Source of the DNA: an uncultured Micavibrio sp.
Lineage (GTDB): Bacteria; Pseudomonadota; Alphaproteobacteria; Micavibrionales; Micavibrionaceae
DNA: 48,188 nucleotides
Assembly (NCBI GenBank): GCA_964570705.1
Contig: CAZMZK010000001.1
Coordinates: 1 to 48,188 of the forward strand
Direction of reading: 5' to 3'
Shown here: positions 45,668-48,188 of the stretch, in pieces
How positions within the stretch are numbered: position 1 is the first letter of the stretch
How the letters are laid out: each line of letters opens with the position of its first letter
Notes under the pieces: model-generated
Database searches by the model: none
Told to the model about the DNA's origin: nothing
Seen by the model: the letters and a program-made list of their open reading frames with translations, nothing else
Program-made: the position numbers and the translations under genes

Positions 45668-47566
45668 ATGCCCCGCATTCCCACCATTAAAACAACCTTT
45701 ACTGCCGGAGAAGTGTCCCCCGATCTGTTGGGGCGCGGCGATTTGAATGCCTATGACAATGGCGCGTTAAAACTGCGCAATGTCTTTATCCAGCCCACAG
45801 GCGGAGTCGTGCGCCGATCCGGTTTGCGTTATATCGACACGGCGGCCGGAGCCGGTCGTATGGTCGCCTTTGAATTCAATACCGAGCAAACCTATTTGTT
45901 GGTCTTTACGCATTTATCCTGTGCGATCTATGCCAATGATGCGTTGGAGGCGACGTTGGCCACGCCGTGGGCCATCGCCGATATTCCGCAACTGGCATGG
46001 ACGCAAAGTGCCGATACGTTGTTATTGACCCATCCGGATTATGCCCCCCGTAAATTGATCCGGACCAATACGGGCGCATGGGCGATCGGGAATTGGGACT
46101 TTTACACAGCGCAAAACCGGGTGCATCAGCCCATGTATAAATTTGCGCCATCTGCGACAACGGTGACCCCCAGTGCGACCACCGGAACGATTACTGTCAC
46201 CGCGTCCTCCGAGGTGTTCGAGGCAGGGCATGCCGGTACGCGCATGCGGATTGGTAACAAGGAAATTGCGGTGACTGCTGTTTTATCCCCCACCGTCATC
46301 AGTGCCAGCGTGATCGAGCCTTTGCTATCCGTTACGCCGACAGTTGATTGGGACGAGCAAGCCTTTTCGCCTGTGCGCGGCTATCCGGTGACCAGTGCGT
46401 TCCATCAGGATCGTTTGGTGATCGGCGGAAGTCGGGATTTGCCCAATCGTTTGTGGATGTCGCAATCGGGTGATTTGTTCAATTTCGATTTGGGCACAGG
46501 GCTGGATTCGGAATCCATCGAGTTCGGGATTTTCTCGGATCAGGTCAATGCCATTCGTGGCGTATTTTCCGGTCGCCATTTGCAGGTCTTTACCAGCGGG
46601 TCGGAATGGATGGTCACCGGTGATCCGCTCACCCCGTCCACCGTGCAAATCAAACGCCAGACGCGGGTCGGGTCGATGATCCACCGCTATATCGCGCCGA
46701 TTGATGTCGATGGTGCGACGCTTTTTGTGGCGCGCAACGGGCAGGAATTGCGCGAATTTATTTATACCAGCATCGAAGAAGCGTATCAGGCCACCGATAT
46801 TGCGTTACTATCCCACCATATTATTACGACTCCGGTGGATCAGGATTTTGACCAGAAACGCCGTTTGTTGTTTCTGGTGCGGGCCGATGGGAAATTTGCC
46901 ACCCTCACTGTCTATCGCGCGGAATCGGTGGCTGCGTGGACGTTGCATGAGACTGCAGGGCAGGTAATTTCGGTATCGGTCGTGGGCGATCAGGTCTATT
47001 TCCTCATCGTGCGCAACGGAGCCTATGCGATTGAAGTCCTTGATGATCTTGTCCAATTGGATGCGGCTTTGGCGGGCGAGGTCGGGACTCCCGCCACAAT
47101 ATGGGACGGATTATCCCATCTGAACGGGCAGAGTATTTCTCTGGTGGCTGATGGAAAAATCGTGCCGGATCAGGTGGTATCAGGCGGGCAAATCCATCTG
47201 GTCACACCTGCACGCTCGGTGCAGGCCGGATTGCCGTTTACCCATGTGATCGAGCCATTGCCCCCTTCCAATATTTCCGATGTCGGTGCGGCGCGGGCCG
47301 TGCGCTTGGTCGAGGCCACGTTCCGTTTGCGCGATACAGGGGCGCTCAGTCTCGATACCGGACGCGGCCTCAAAGACATTTCACTGCGCCGGATCGGGGC
47401 GGGGGACACGATTCTGGATGCGCCGCCGCCCTTGGTCACCGGAGATATTCGCGTGCGCGCCTATGGATGGAAAAACGACACATCCAAGCCGCTGTGGCGC
47501 ATTGAACAGAGCCAGCCTCTGCCCTTTGCGTTGCTGTCGGTGCAGACGGACATTATTGCCAATTAA
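45668..47566 (+). CDS. phage tail tubular protein B / nozzle-like structural protein (by position)
   Basis: 632 aa with SD aggaga. The N-terminal FTAGEVSPDLLGRGDLNAYDNGALKLRNVFIQPTGGVVRRSG block recurs in podoviral tail proteins as far as I recall, not verified. Occupies the T7 gp12 position. Confidence 0.5.
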   Translation: MPRIPTIKTTFTAGEVSPDLLGRGDLNAYDNGALKLRNVFIQPTGGVVRRSGLRYIDTAAGAGRMVAFEFNTEQTYLLVFTHLSCAIYANDALEATLATPWAIADIPQLAWTQSADTLLLTHPDYAPRKLIRTNTGAWAIGNWDFYTAQNRVHQPMYKFAPSATTVTPSATTGTITVTASSEVFEAGHAGTRMRIGNKEIAVTAVLSPTVISASVIEPLLSVTPTVDWDEQAFSPVRGYPVTSAFHQDRLVIGGSRDLPNRLWMSQSGDLFNFDLGTGLDSESIEFGIFSDQVNAIRGVFSGRHLQVFTSGSEWMVTGDPLTPSTVQIKRQTRVGSMIHRYIAPIDVDGATLFVARNGQELREFIYTSIEEAYQATDIALLSHHIITTPVDQDFDQKRRLLFLVRADGKFATLTVYRAESVAAWTLHETAGQVISVSVVGDQVYFLIVRNGAYAIEVLDDLVQLDAALAGEVGTPATIWDGLSHLNGQSISLVADGKIVPDQVVSGGQIHLVTPARSVQAGLPFTHVIEPLPPSNISDVGAARAVRLVEATFRLRDTGALSLDTGRGLKDISLRRIGAGDTILDAPPPLVTGDIRVRAYGWKNDTSKPLWRIEQSQPLPFALLSVQTDIIAN

Positions 47567-47587
47567 ACCAGTCAGGAGAGATATCAC

Positions 47588-48031
47588 ATGGGAAGTTTAA
47601 CATCATTGGTTACGCCGCTTGCGGCAATGGGAAAATTCGTCACGTCGGGCGTAGAGGCTGCGCAAAGCGTGAACGAGATCAACGCAAAAAACCGTGCATT
47701 GGCGCAGAATGCCGCCCTTCAGAAACAGGCCAATTTGTTGGCCTTGCAACAAAAAGAAACCGATCGGCTGACAAAATTGCAACAAGCCACGGCGACCCAA
47801 CGGGCACATTTCGGGTCACAGGGCATCGGGTCGGCGACCGGATCGTCCGAAGCCGTCCAGCAAGGGATTTTTGAATCGTCCGATATCACGCGGCAACAAA
47901 ACGCGGCCAAAACTGCTCTCGATAACCAGACAATCGACCAAAGTCTGGCATCGCAACAACAGATGAATTTGTTGCAAAAACAACAGGTGAAACAAAAAGC
48001 TGCATTAAGTCTTTTAAGCGCGTTGGGGTAG
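47588..48031 (+). CDS. Q-rich coiled-coil phage protein (internal virion protein candidate)
   Basis: 147 aa with SD aggaga. Q/A/L-rich heptad-like sequence. Occupies the T7 gp13/gp14 position. Confidence 0.45.
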   Translation: MGSLTSLVTPLAAMGKFVTSGVEAAQSVNEINAKNRALAQNAALQKQANLLALQQKETDRLTKLQQATATQRAHFGSQGIGSATGSSEAVQQGIFESSDITRQQNAAKTALDNQTIDQSLASQQQMNLLQKQQVKQKAALSLLSALG

Positions 48032-48050
48032 AGGGAAGAAAACTCTCAAT

Positions 48051-48145
48051 CCGTCATTCCGGCGGTGTTTTTTCGTAGAAAAAACTCACACAGCCGGAAT
48101 CCATGATGTGCGGAAAGCAATGATTTGCGCTCCTTTCTGGATCCC
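48051..48145. repeat. 95-nt nested-hairpin element, copy 2 (inverted relative to 42187-42281)
   Basis: The reverse complement matches 42187-42281 at 91 of 95 positions, with the terminal 70 nt identical. It is followed by a ctggatcccccgatcgcgtcaggggatgac hairpin (48138-48167). Confidence 0.85.
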
Positions 48146-48188
48146 CCGATCGCGTCAGGGGATGACGGGGGGGATGACGTGCGGGGGG

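Larger units (their letters stand above)
37975..48188. mobile_element. phage-derived region: HTH-S24 regulator plus T7-ordered head/tail structural genes (prophage remnant or domesticated element); right end lies beyond the window
   Basis: The gene order is portal, scaffold, capsid, ~190-aa, 632-aa, small coiled-coil, matching T7 gp8-gp14. Every forward gene has a strong SD. It sits next to a cI/LexA-like regulator. No integrase or replication genes are visible. Confidence 0.6.

Noticed and set aside
1-48188. tRNA, rRNA, tmRNA or other structured RNA genes
   Set aside because: I inspected the intergenic regions by eye and saw no cloverleaf-like or rRNA-like sequence. This does not replace tRNAscan-SE or Infernal.

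Overview
The window is about 48 kb and looks like alphaproteobacterial chromosome. This is an inference from the gene families, the ATP12 and CheZ-like proteins and the complex I layout; nothing was searched.

Most of it is housekeeping genes in short, scattered operons:
- phrB and a DHH phosphoesterase
- lptC-lptA-[LysE]-lptB
- purF and cvpA
- a nuoF-x-nuoG-x-nuoH-nuoI fragment of complex I, without nuoE or nuoJ-N
- an orphan cheZ-like gene, then purK
- a Kef/YbaL antiporter, yraN and a BON lipoprotein, then uppP
- a crcB / pseudouridine synthase / membrane protein / ATP12 chain joined by ATGA overlaps
- hldE, fabG, an EAL-like gene and radA
- an RND pump (adaptor plus permease) and a Prx5-type peroxiredoxin

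Accessory and unusual content:
1. A protein joins a near-consensus MshEN c-di-GMP-binding motif, through one hydrophobic segment, to a LapG-like BTLCP protease (27.9-28.9 kb).
2. From 37.98 kb to the window end there is a T7-ordered phage structural cluster (portal, scaffold, capsid, tubular A/B-like, internal-protein-like).
   - It sits directly behind an HTH-S24 regulator whose catalytic Ser is replaced by Gly.
   - No integrase or replication module is visible.
   - Two reverse-strand cargo genes (a PilZ receptor and a small HTH protein) interrupt it.
   - The scaffold gene is frameshifted at an A7 run.
   - Several host-type nested palindromic (MITE/REP-like) repeats lie in it, including a 95-nt inverted pair 5.8 kb apart.
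3. The last 25 codons of the cheZ-like gene are duplicated 0.8 kb downstream, flanking an AT-rich islet.
4. There is a tandem pair of uncharacterised paralogs.

I saw no rRNA, tRNA or CRISPR array. All family assignments come from motifs read in the supplied translations.
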